A stretch of DNA of 62,065 nucleotides, counting the filler, from a bacterium (lineage in GTDB: Bacteria > JBDRGX01), in the NCBI GenBank assembly GCA_043817485.1. It is 3 parts of 3 records of this genome, joined end to end, with 100 filler letters (N's around TTAATTAATTAA, not from the genome) between each part and the next. Parts side by side here need not be neighbours in the genome. Positions count along the whole stretch, not along the records: positions 41,973 to 62,065 come from JBDRGX010000105.1; 2 more parts are not named here. One strand, 5' to 3'. The notes beneath the pieces are model-generated. The model had not been told where the DNA came from, did no database searches, and saw only the letters and a list, made by a program, of their open reading frames with translations. The position numbers and the translations under genes are program-made. Shown here in pieces: positions 52,400 through 61,920 of this stretch; within the stretch, counting starts at the first letter, position 1; every line of letters starts with the position of its first letter.

Positions 52400-52699
52400 A
52401 TAAAATTCAGAAGTCAGTTAGAAATGGGAAAGAAAAAATTATAAATGGAATTTACTCTGGTATTCTGGTGACTGATGTTCTGGTGCTCTATTGCTATTGA
52501 TTTGCCAAAAACTATAATTTTTCATTTTTCATTTTATATTTATTTTGATATTATTCTACATTCTGAATTTATGTTCTCACTGGTAAATGAATCCCCTATC
52601 TAAACACCTTTAGCCTTTTTTTCCCTTCATTTTTTTTACTTTTATCGCTATGAAATTTTCTTGCGACTTTACTATGGAATTTATTATATCATTGACGAT

Positions 52700-52963
52700 G
52701 CGAGAGCGACTCCTTCTTTTTCAACTGAATCCTTAAGGGTTCAGCGTTTCAATCCACGCTCCCGTGTGAGGGAGCGACGATTTTGATTTTGTCAATGAAA
52801 ATATTTTATTTGTTTCAATCCACGCCCCTGCACGAGGGGCGACCTTTTACACAAGCCAATCCATAAGTATTGCTCATGTTTTTCAATCCACGCCCCTGCA
52901 CGAGGGGCGACACACCAGAGCAGATTGATACAGCAATTGAAACAGGTTTCAATCCACGCCCCT
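52700..52963 (-). CRISPR. Orphan type I-C-like CRISPR array: 3 full repeats, 2 partial repeats, 4 spacers
   Basis: Repeat GTCGCCCCTCGTGCAGGGGCGTGGATTGAAAC (minus strand) at 52812-52843 and 52880-52911; variant at 52746-52778; truncated at 52946-52963; remnant ending 52710; spacers of 35, 33, 36 and 34 nt. Confidence 0.92.
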
Positions 52964-52965
52964 AC

Positions 52966-53370
52966 GAGACTGTGTCGTAATTAGAAAAAACCGATTTTAA
53001 AAAACAAAATAAAGTAAAAATTAAAACAAAATCCAAAATTATTTTGTAGATAATTTTAAAAATGTTAAAAAATATTATAAAATACCGTTATTGAGTACAA
53101 AACAATGTATTTCTGTAATTTTAGATACTTGTAAGTTTTTCAATAAGTCCTATAACCCCAAATATTGTAATCATTCTGGCTATATTAAAACAACTTGAAA
53201 ATAATGACATCTATGCTTTAACACCACCAAGCCCTCGTAGCAAGAATGATTGAACTCCAAGATTTCGTTTAATATGTCCAAATGGAAGTTCAACTTTTTG
53301 TTTTCGCAACTTGAAAATTTTTTGAGATTCATCTGATAAATATTGCTTTTCAAGTTTAATTTTTATATCT
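52966..53370 (-). mobile_element. IS1182-family right end and transposase 3' remnant
   Basis: GAGACTGTGTCGTAATTAG end, followed by ~400 bp highly similar to 27847-28260. Confidence 0.88.
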
Positions 53371-53596
53371 TCATTGGACTAATGGTATGGTAGAAAACTT
53401 TAATAAAAGAATTAAAAATAAAGTATTGACAAAATATCATTTTGAAAATATATTTGAACTTAATGAAAAACTTCTTGAGTTTATTGATGACTATAATCAA
53501 AATAAACGGCTAAAAAAATTAAACTATAAAACACCAGCTCAATACTTAAAAAAAAAAAAAATATTATCATACAACGTATCGTTATCTAACAAATAA
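53371..53596 (+). mobile_element. IS481-like transposase C-terminal fragment with right end
   Basis: WTNGMVENFN..YNQ..LNYKTP integrase-core motif; terminal ...CAACGTATCGTTATCTAACA ending in ACA at 53590. Confidence 0.7.
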
Positions 53597-53652
53597 TAAA
53601 TTGTTTTTTTTCAAGTAATTCATTTCTTTCCTTCAAATAAATCAATTATATT

Positions 53653-55413
53653 TTAACAATTGTATTGCTTTTGTTTTCTTAATCGAATATTTTTAGGTGT
53701 AACTTCCAGATACTCATCTTCAGCTATAAGTTCCAATCCGCGTTCTAAAGTTAATTCCACTGCTGGAGTTAATTGAATAGCAATATCTGAAGTTGAAGAT
53801 CGCATATTGGTAAGATGTTTCCCTTTTACAGGATTAACAACCATAGAATGACCTTTAGATGTATTGCCAATAACTTGGCCATTGTAAACATCAACAGTTG
53901 GTTCTACAAATAACATCCCACGATCTTGCAATTTAGAAAGAGAATATGCTGTTGCTTTACCAGTTTCTCCAGAAATCATAGAACCCATACTACGTTTTTC
54001 AATTTCACCTGCATATGGCTTAAAACCAATTGCTTCAGTACATAAAATTCCTTCCCCTTTGGTATCTATAATAAATTCACCTCGATAACCCAAAAAGCCA
54101 CGAGTTGGTATTTGAAAAACTAATCGAATATGCTTTTGTTCTGGCTGCATTTCCAGCATTTGTCCCTTTCTCTTGGATAGTTTTTCGATAATAATGCCAA
54201 CAGATTCTTGTGGTGAATCAATTGTTATTTTTTCAAACGGTTCATATTGCTTACCATTTACTTCTTTGAAAACTACCTGTGGCTGGGAAACCTGAACCTC
54301 AAATCCATCACGCCGCATATTTTCTAATAAAATAGCAATATGCAATTCCCCTCGACCATAAACTTTGTAAGATTCAATAGGTGAAAAATCTATTTTTAAT
54401 CCAACATTAATCTCCAGTTCTTTTTCTAATCGTTCCCTTATTTGACGACTGGTAACAAACTTTCCATCTCTTCCAGCAAAAGGAGAATTATTAACCAAAA
54501 AATTTAAGGAAATTACTGGTTCATCTATTTTAATAGCAGGTAAAGCCTCTTGTGTTGCATCAATACAAACCGTATCACCTATGTAAATATCAGGCAGTCC
54601 AGCTATCATCACAATATCTCCGCTTACAACTATTGATGCTTCTTTTCTTGTTAACCCTTCAAAAGTAAATAACTTAGTAATAAAACCAAAAACTGTTTCA
54701 CCAGATTGTTTTTTAATACAAACCTTATCACTAGTTTTTAACGACCCCTGCCAAACGCGGCCTATACCTAATCTGCCCAAATAATTATCATATGCCAAAT
54801 TAAATGCCTGAAAAGCAAAAGGCAATGATGCATCAGCTATTATTGGTGAAACTTTTTCTAAAATTGTATCTAAAAGCGGCACAAGATTATTAGAATCATC
54901 ACTTAATTCTCTTCTCGCAATCCCCTGCTTAGCAATTGAATAAACAGTCACAAAATCTAATTGTTCATTATTAGCACCCAAATCCATAAAAAGTTCTAAA
55001 ACTTTTTCATGAACCCATTCTGGCCGAGCTGCTAATTTGTCAATTTTATTAATTACTACAATTGGTTTTAATCCTAAAGCCAATGCTTTTTTTAAAACAA
55101 ATTTGGTTTGAGGCATGGGCCCTTCCTGTGCATCAACTACTAAAAGCACAGAATCAATGGAACGCAAAACTCGTTCTACTTCTGAACTAAAATCTGCATG
55201 ACCAGGGGTATCCACAATATTAATTTTGGTCCCTTTGTAAAAAACTGAGGTATTTTTGGAATAGATTGTAATACCTCGCTCTTGTTCTAAAACATTAGAA
55301 TCCATACTTACAGTATCATCAGTAACCATACCTGTTTGACGCATCAAACCATCGGTTAAAGAGGTTTTGCCATGATCTACATGGGCAATAATAGCAATAT
55401 TTCTAATTTCCAT
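53653..55413 (-). CDS. typA: Translational GTPase TypA/BipA
   Basis: IRNIAIIAHVDHGKT, ERGITI, DTPGHADF, GRGELH, KGKHLTNMRS, EVTPKNIRLRK; start at 55413 after AAGGAG. Confidence 0.96.
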   Translation of the reverse strand: MEIRNIAIIAHVDHGKTSLTDGLMRQTGMVTDDTVSMDSNVLEQERGITIYSKNTSVFYKGTKINIVDTPGHADFSSEVERVLRSIDSVLLVVDAQEGPMPQTKFVLKKALALGLKPIVVINKIDKLAARPEWVHEKVLELFMDLGANNEQLDFVTVYSIAKQGIARRELSDDSNNLVPLLDTILEKVSPIIADASLPFAFQAFNLAYDNYLGRLGIGRVWQGSLKTSDKVCIKKQSGETVFGFITKLFTFEGLTRKEASIVVSGDIVMIAGLPDIYIGDTVCIDATQEALPAIKIDEPVISLNFLVNNSPFAGRDGKFVTSRQIRERLEKELEINVGLKIDFSPIESYKVYGRGELHIAILLENMRRDGFEVQVSQPQVVFKEVNGKQYEPFEKITIDSPQESVGIIIEKLSKRKGQMLEMQPEQKHIRLVFQIPTRGFLGYRGEFIIDTKGEGILCTEAIGFKPYAGEIEKRSMGSMISGETGKATAYSLSKLQDRGMLFVEPTVDVYNGQVIGNTSKGHSMVVNPVKGKHLTNMRSSTSDIAIQLTPAVELTLERGLELIAEDEYLEVTPKNIRLRKQKQYNC

Positions 55414-55681
55414 AACTAAATCTGCTCCTTTTTTAATTTTACTATGCCATAATAGCATTACATAAATATAAAATAACAAAAACTCAAAAAAATAATAATA
55501 TAAATATAAACCAATTCTTGAAATTTTATGGGGAATATTGAAGTGATGATTAATTCCAAGTTGCAATCAAAAATAAAATATTGCAAACTATTAAATTTGA
55601 ATTTGATATTTGGATTTCGAATTTTCTTTAGAATTTCTTCTTTTATTTTTTTAAATTCCCTTTACCAAAAAAATTGTTAAA

Positions 55682-55710
55682 ATTATAGCAGTTTTTTTTC
55701 ATTTTGTCAA
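55682..55710 (-). promoter_or_regulatory. Consensus sigma70 promoter with extended -10, upstream of typA
   Basis: TTGACA-N17-TATAAT with TGn immediately before the -10 box. Confidence 0.7.
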
Positions 55711-55892
55711 TAAAATAAATTTATATTTCTGGTTATTTTTGACAAAAATACTCAAATTAAAAACATATTTTATATTTCTTTGGAATTGAAAATATTAGAA
55801 ACATAATATCGATAGAAAAACAACCATAAACAAAATTAATTAATTCCATAGAAATGATATATATAACGACTTAAGTTAATTGGAATAAAAAT

Positions 55893-56157
55893 TTAACTTT
55901 ATCCATAAATATATTTGCTTGCATAAATTTTAATCCTGTATCCCATATACCTTTTCTTTTACATTTCGTTATATATATACCTTCTACAACAATGTCACCC
56001 CTTCGGGGTTTAATTGGTAATTATTTAATAATTGCTATAATAATATCAGCCCTTCAGGCTTTAATATATATAAAAACTTAACTTTATCCATAAATATATC
56101 TACTTGCATAATTTTTTTTGAATTGTTCGTTAACTATTTTTTGCCGTTATATATATA
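55893..56157. repeat. Imperfect direct repeats flanking two REP-like hairpins
   Basis: TTAACTTTATCCATAAATATAT..CTTGCATAA at 55893 and 56078; CGTTATATATATA at 55967 and 56145; hairpins at 55984 and 56035. Confidence 0.65.
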
Positions 56158-56249
56158 ATTGGTAGGATTGAAATTTTATATATTATGCTATGACATTTAT
56201 GTTTAAAATAATATTTATTGTCTATGGAACATTTAATTTATTTAATAAA

Positions 56250-56296
56250 ATTTGAATTTGTTTCAAATTTCGATATTCGTATTTCGAATTTTCTTT
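56250..56296 (-). repeat. Dispersed heptad-repeat element copy
   Basis: TTTGAATTTGTTTCAAATTTCGATATTCGTATTTCGAATTTTCTTTT; further partial copies near 29300-29380, 50672-50697 and 55594-55630. Confidence 0.7.
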
Positions 56297-56322
56297 TATG
56301 TTTTATATTTCTAAAATATGAA

Positions 56323-56820
56323 TTATATTATTTTTTCAATTTTTCTTGAAATGGCTATTTTCCCAGTTCTAATAGCTTCTTTAATTCCAAAAGGTTTTAA
56401 AAGTTCTATGACAGTATTTAATTTTTCTTCATCACCAGTTATTTCTAAAATAATATCTTCTATCGTAACACTAATAATACTACTTTTGAAAAGATCAGCA
56501 ATTTCAATGATTTGAGATCTATTTTTTTTATCAGCACAAACTTTAATTAACATTAATTCTCTTTCAACATAATCACTCCCAGTAAGATCTAATACTTTAA
56601 TAACATCAATTAGTTTATTAAGTTGTTTCGTAACTTGTTCTATTATTCTATCATCTCCTTCAACTACCAATAAAATTCGTGATGTTTTTGGATCTTCTGT
56701 TGGTGCAGCTGAAAAACTATCAATATTATAACCTCTTGCAGTGAAAAGACCAATAATTCGAGCTGCTACTCCAGAATGATTTTCTGTTAATAAAGAAATA
56801 ACATGTTGTTTATTAGACAT
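56323..56820 (-). CDS. ilvN: Acetolactate synthase small (regulatory) subunit
   Basis: ENHSGVAARIIGLFTARGYNIDS, IEQVTKQLNKLIDVIKV, ERELMLIKV. Confidence 0.95.
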   Translation of the reverse strand: MSNKQHVISLLTENHSGVAARIIGLFTARGYNIDSFSAAPTEDPKTSRILLVVEGDDRIIEQVTKQLNKLIDVIKVLDLTGSDYVERELMLIKVCADKKNRSQIIEIADLFKSSIISVTIEDIILEITGDEEKLNTVIELLKPFGIKEAIRTGKIAISRKIEKII

Positions 56821-56949
56821 TTTCAATAATCTCCTTTATTTTTTTAAATAAATTTTTTGCAAAATTTGATTTTCTGATAAATTAACAATATTAAAATTAA
56901 ATTTATTTTAACAAATTATTATTATAAAAACATTTTTTTGTATATAAAC

Positions 56950-57621
56950 TTATACCATTTTTCTGTTTATAATTTTTACCATACGATGAGCATCACGAGA
57001 TATTTCTTCATCATGAGTAACCATTATAATTGTTTGTTTTTTCTTTTTATTCATTTCCCACAACAAATCTTTAATTTTTATTTTATTTTCTGGATCTAAG
57101 CTACCCAATGGTTCATCAGCAAGAAGTAACACAGGATCATTAACTAATGCTCGAGCAATGGCTATTCGTTGTTGTTCTCCTCCAGAAAGCTCTGTTATTT
57201 TTTGATCTTTTTGTTCTTTTAATCCTAATTCTAAAAGAATTTTTTCAGATTTTTGATAAGCTGTTTTAAAATATTCTCTTTTAATCAATAAAGGCATCAT
57301 TACATTTTCTATGCTTGTAAATTCCGGAAGTAAATTAAAAAACTGAAAAATATAACCTATTTTTTGGTTTCTAAAAGAAGTCATTTTTTTATCATTTAAT
57401 TGAGAAATATTAACACCATCAAATAAAATTTCTCCTTGATAGAATTTATCTAATCCTGCAATTAAATGAAGAAATGTAGTTTTGCCAGATCCAGAAGCAC
57501 CCATAATAGCAAAAATTTCACCTGAATATATTTCTAAATTTATATCTTTAAAAATTTCTATTTTTTTATCACCATCATAAAAAGATTTATAAAGGTTTTT
57601 AATTTTTATTAAAGGTATCAC
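56950..57621 (-). CDS. ABC transporter ATP-binding protein, LolD-like
   Basis: [43 protein letters not shown]. Confidence 0.8.
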   Translation of the reverse strand: MIPLIKIKNLYKSFYDGDKKIEIFKDINLEIYSGEIFAIMGASGSGKTTFLHLIAGLDKFYQGEILFDGVNISQLNDKKMTSFRNQKIGYIFQFFNLLPEFTSIENVMMPLLIKREYFKTAYQKSEKILLELGLKEQKDQKITELSGGEQQRIAIARALVNDPVLLLADEPLGSLDPENKIKIKDLLWEMNKKKKQTIIMVTHDEEISRDAHRMVKIINRKMV

Positions 57622-57630
57622 TAAATACTC

Positions 57631-58386
57631 CTATGGATAAAAACAAAATGCAAATTTTAAAATAAAACTATTTGTATCAAATTTAAAATTGTTACTATCT
57701 GAAATTTTTACTATTTCACCAATTTTTACTTCTTTTCCAGTTATTTTTTCATATTTATTTTTTTGATTTTCTGATAAATTAACAATATTAAATTTGAATT
57801 CATTTACTTTAACAATTTGATAATTTAATCCAAAAATAATTGAAAAATTCTTTTTCAAAAAATATTCTAATCCTACTCCAATATTTTCTCCTAATCCTGT
57901 TCCAATCCATTCTTCAAAAAAAGATTCTGTTGTATTTTTAATATAATCTTTTTTAATTTCTTTAGCAAAAAAAGTTGTTGGATAAAGTCCTATATTTCCT
58001 TCTATTTCAAGATTAAGTTTATTTCTTAATTTATATTTTTTTTGTAGCCCAATAGTAATCGGAGTAGTTATAACACTAAAATAATATTCATAAGGAAATT
58101 CACTCGTATTTTGAAAAGATCTATAAAAACCTATTCCTAAAATAGGTGAAAAATTATTATTATTAAAATTGAAATTCAAAAAATACATATTATTAGAAGA
58201 TAATTTATTTATATTTTGATTATAAAAAGTTTTTAAAGTATTATTAAAATCTTCATATGAAAAAAAATTTTTACATAAATTAGCACTAACAGAAAATTTA
58301 TATGAAGAAAATTCTTCTATTCCCAAAACAAAATTTATTGTAATTAAAAATATAAATACTAAAAAAATTTTACATTTTATTTTCAT
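57631..58386 (-). CDS. Putative outer-membrane beta-barrel protein
   Basis: Signal peptide; amphipathic strands (GVGLEYF); aromatic-rich C-terminal strand. Confidence 0.55.
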   Translation of the reverse strand: MKIKCKIFLVFIFLITINFVLGIEEFSSYKFSVSANLCKNFFSYEDFNNTLKTFYNQNINKLSSNNMYFLNFNFNNNNFSPILGIGFYRSFQNTSEFPYEYYFSVITTPITIGLQKKYKLRNKLNLEIEGNIGLYPTTFFAKEIKKDYIKNTTESFFEEWIGTGLGENIGVGLEYFLKKNFSIIFGLNYQIVKVNEFKFNIVNLSENQKNKYEKITGKEVKIGEIVKISDSNNFKFDTNSFILKFAFCFYP

Positions 58387-59230
58387 TTTTTTCTAAAACT
58401 TTATATCCATTTTTGAGAGATATTATATCTAAAAAAAATGTAATAATATTTTCTATCATTAAATACATTTTTTTATCTGCTAATTGTTCATCACAAGTTT
58501 TAATATATGTTTTACATTCTTCACAAACATCTACTCTATGCGTGCGATCTTCTTCTACATAAAAATATTTTAAAGTATCTGTATTAGTATTTTTGCAATT
58601 AACACAACATACTCGTGAGAATGCCCATTCTATCTGACATAAATTACACCATAAAAACCGTTTTCCATTTTCTTTATCTAATCTTGCAATACTCGGACTT
58701 TCTCCACAAATTGGACAAATATTTTCTTTCCAAATAGATAAATCAATTTGATTTTTTATTTGAAAAGATATTTTAGAATAAAAAGGAACAAGTATTCCAT
58801 ACCATAAAAAAAATTTTTCTTTTTCTTCTTTACTTATATTTTCTGATAATGTGGAAAAAATATAAGAATTTTTAAGTTTATTTAAAGTAGGATTTGATAA
58901 AGAATTAATATCATTATTTATTTTATCAATTATTTTACAATTAATATTTATAAATTGCAATAATTCTGTAAAAAATTCATTTAAAAGTTTTTTATCTATA
59001 GAAAAATCATATTTTGAAAAAAGAAAATTAGATTGATTTAATAAATTCTCTGCTTCTTTTTTATCAATATTTACATCAGGATTAAATTTTTGAAAATATT
59101 TAATTTGAATTTTTACAATTGGAAAATGATAATCAAAAATTTGTTTAAAATTATTTTTTTCAGCATCAATTCCCTTAAAAAAATTCAAATAATATTCTTT
59201 TTCATTTTTATATTCTTCTAAAGTAAGCAT
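58370..59230 (-). CDS. fdhE: Formate dehydrogenase accessory protein FdhE
   Basis: CPICG, RFLWCNLCQIEW..R..CVNC, RVDVCEECKTYIK. Confidence 0.88.
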   Translation of the reverse strand: MLTLEEYKNEKEYYLNFFKGIDAEKNNFKQIFDYHFPIVKIQIKYFQKFNPDVNIDKKEAENLLNQSNFLFSKYDFSIDKKLLNEFFTELLQFININCKIIDKINNDINSLSNPTLNKLKNSYIFSTLSENISKEEKEKFFLWYGILVPFYSKISFQIKNQIDLSIWKENICPICGESPSIARLDKENGKRFLWCNLCQIEWAFSRVCCVNCKNTNTDTLKYFYVEEDRTHRVDVCEECKTYIKTCDEQLADKKMYLMIENIITFFLDIISLKNGYKVLEKNENKM

Positions 59231-59251
59231 AAATCTCCTTTTTTAAAAAAT

Positions 59252-60580
59252 TTATTTTATTTCTCCTATTAATACAACTGAAGTTGTTTCTTTAATTTGT
59301 ACTTCTGCAAATTTTCCAATTAAATTAAAATCACCTTTTGCTATTACTATTTTATTAGAACAAGTACGTCCCATTATTTCTTTATCATTTTTTTTGCTTA
59401 TATTTTCAAAAAGAACTTCTAATTTTTTACCTATTAAATCATTATTTTTTTTCAATGAAATTTCTCTTTGTATTTGTATTAATTTTTCTAATCGCTTTTG
59501 TTTTATTTCTTCCAAAACTTGTCCTGACATTAAACTTGCTGGTGTATTAAGTCTTATAGAATATTTAAAAGTAAAAGCAGCATCAAATTGTATTTGTTTT
59601 ACTACTTCCAAAGTTTTTTCAAAATCTTCATCTGTTTCTTGAGGAAATCCAACAATTAAATCTGTAGTAATACTTATATCTGGAATAAATTCTCTTATTT
59701 TTTGAATAATATCAATATAATTTTTTATTTTATGTTTTCGATTCATTAATTCAAGAATTTTATCTGATCCAGATTGAAGAGGTAAATGTAAATTTTCACA
59801 AACATTTCCTTTTTTAGCCATTACTTCTATTAATTTTAAAGAAGTATCTTTGGGATGAGAAGTAACAAATCTAATTCTTTTTAAATTTTCTATTTGAGAA
59901 CATTTATTTAACAAATCAGCAAAATTTATATTTTCTTCTAAATCCTTACCATAAGAATTAACATTTTGCCCTAATAAAGTAATTTCTATTATTCCTTGTT
60001 TTACTAAATGATTAATTTCATCTAAAATTTCTTTTGATTCTCTACTTACTTCTTTTCCCCTTACAAAAGGAACAATGCAATAAGTACAAAAATTATTACA
60101 ACCTTTCATAATAGAAACAAAAGCTTTTATTTTATTTAATCGAACAGATTTTAATCCTAAATTTAAAGAATTTGTATCATCGTCTAAACTTTGTATTTCT
60201 CTTGTCCCTAATTTTATTTTTTCTAAAATAGATGGTAATTCACAAATAGTATCTGGCCCTATAATAAAATCAAGATATGGAATTTTTTTAAATAATTTTT
60301 CTTTTTTTTCTTTTGCAACACAACCACTAATTCCTAAAATAAGAGACGGTTTATTTTCTTTTAATTCTTTAAATCTACCCATTTGACTATATACTTTTTC
60401 TTCAGCATGAGATCTTATGCTACAGGTATTAAGAATAATTACATTTGAATTTTCTGGATTTAAGGTAATTTGATAACCAGCTTCTTTTAATATGCCAGCC
60501 ATTTTTTCAGAATCATGAAAATTCATCTGACAACCAAAGGTTTTAATAAATACTTGTAATTGATTTATTTTGTTAAACAT
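59252..60580 (-). CDS. miaB: tRNA-2-methylthio-N6-dimethylallyladenosine synthase
   Basis: TFGCQMN, NTCSIR..AE, GCNNFCTYCIVP radical SAM motif, HLPLQSGS, TRAM domain. Confidence 0.96.
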   Translation of the reverse strand: MFNKINQLQVFIKTFGCQMNFHDSEKMAGILKEAGYQITLNPENSNVIILNTCSIRSHAEEKVYSQMGRFKELKENKPSLILGISGCVAKEKKEKLFKKIPYLDFIIGPDTICELPSILEKIKLGTREIQSLDDDTNSLNLGLKSVRLNKIKAFVSIMKGCNNFCTYCIVPFVRGKEVSRESKEILDEINHLVKQGIIEITLLGQNVNSYGKDLEENINFADLLNKCSQIENLKRIRFVTSHPKDTSLKLIEVMAKKGNVCENLHLPLQSGSDKILELMNRKHKIKNYIDIIQKIREFIPDISITTDLIVGFPQETDEDFEKTLEVVKQIQFDAAFTFKYSIRLNTPASLMSGQVLEEIKQKRLEKLIQIQREISLKKNNDLIGKKLEVLFENISKKNDKEIMGRTCSNKIVIAKGDFNLIGKFAEVQIKETTSVVLIGEIK

Positions 60581-60656
60581 AATTTTTTATTTTTAAAATA
60601 ATAAAGAAAATTTTAGGTTTTGAAATTATTTATAATTAATCAACATTAAAATAATA

Positions 60657-61580
60657 TTAGTGAGGTTTTTTAAATAAATCTAAAAATTTATCTTCATATA
60701 ATTTATATAAATTCCATCTATCTAATTCTTTTTTCAAAAGATATGCTTTCTTTTTATCTTTTTCAGATTCTTTAAATAAATTCTCTATTTTTTCTATAAT
60801 ATGATCTGGAATTTTATCTTGAACTTTATCTTGAATTGTATTAATTTCTAAATTTTCTTGCATTGGCGCAAACATAGTTTTAATTTTAGATTCTATCATT
60901 TCCATTTTTTTATCCATCTCTACAATTAATATATCCAATTTTGTATAATCTATTTTTATATTTAAAATTGTAGCTAATTGTTCTACCATTTTTTTAGAAG
61001 CACGAGGATTAGAAAGATTGATTGCATAAAGAGGAATCGTAGATAATAAACAAATTGCATCAATCTCATTTTTTTGAGCATAACCTAATAATAACCCATT
61101 CAACCCAGATATTTGACCATCTTCCATTTTTTTAATATTATAATGGTTTAAAAAATCACAAAGAGAATTTTCATTAACTACTCCATAAATTTCTACTTGA
61201 TTTTTATATTCTGTTAATAGAGGAAAGGCAGCACCAGTAAAAATCATTTTTGCTTTTACTTTTTGAGCAAAATTTAATATTTCATTTATAATTTTTATTC
61301 CTCCAATTCCTTCTATTTGAGATTCACTTTCAAAAATAACTAAATTATACTTTTTACTAAAATAAAAAACATTTTTAGAAAATAATGGCAATTTACTAAT
61401 TCCTTTTTCAACAATAATTGCTTCTAATACTTCAAATTCTTCCATCTCTATTTCTGCAAATAAAATTGCATTTAAACTTTCTCTTATATAATCCATTGCT
61501 AATAAACCAACATTTCCCATCCCTGGCCAAACAGCTAATATAATTGGTTCTTTTATATTTATTTTTTTGTATATTTTCAT
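60657..61580 (-). CDS. PAC2-family (proteasome assembly chaperone-like) protein
   Basis: WPGMGNVG, GQISGLNGLLLG, NPRAS, LKKELDRW..YEDKFLDLF. Confidence 0.75.
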   Translation of the reverse strand: MKIYKKINIKEPIILAVWPGMGNVGLLAMDYIRESLNAILFAEIEMEEFEVLEAIIVEKGISKLPLFSKNVFYFSKKYNLVIFESESQIEGIGGIKIINEILNFAQKVKAKMIFTGAAFPLLTEYKNQVEIYGVVNENSLCDFLNHYNIKKMEDGQISGLNGLLLGYAQKNEIDAICLLSTIPLYAINLSNPRASKKMVEQLATILNIKIDYTKLDILIVEMDKKMEMIESKIKTMFAPMQENLEINTIQDKVQDKIPDHIIEKIENLFKESEKDKKKAYLLKKELDRWNLYKLYEDKFLDLFKKPH

Positions 61581-61800
61581 ATTATCCTCTTTTTATTTTT
61601 TTGTTTTAAAATGTATTGATTTTACTAAAATTAATAATAATTTTTTCGAACAGGAAACAGTCCCCTGTCCCCTACAATACGATAACAAAAAAGTACAGAA
61701 TACAGATTACAATGTTCCGTTAAAAACATAATATCGATAAAAATATTGAAATTTATTTTGAATTTTCTTTCAAGTGCTTTGTTTGAAAAAATTACTAAAT

Positions 61801-61828
61801 TTTATAGCAGTTTATTTCTCTTTGTCAA
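61801..61828 (-). promoter_or_regulatory. Putative sigma70 promoter for the PAC2-miaB run
   Basis: TTGACA-N16-TATAAA with TGn; part of a block similar to 55680-55735. Confidence 0.55.
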
Positions 61829-61920
61829 TAAAATAATATTTATATTTTGGTTAATGACCCCACATGGTAACCATGCTTTATTAAATTATCAAGGAAATTA
61901 TCTAAAATAATTGGAGATTT

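Noticed and set aside
52400-53650. cas genes near the CRISPR array
   Set aside because: No ORF with Cas1/2/3/5/7/8 features in the window; the flanks are metG, IS fragments and typA
753-59642. Short ORFs antisense to or overlapping long genes (for example 753-983, 4745-5008, 7052-7393, 12334-12609, 47921-48226, 59394-59642)
   Set aside because: Shadow frames of well-supported genes with no recognisable motifs
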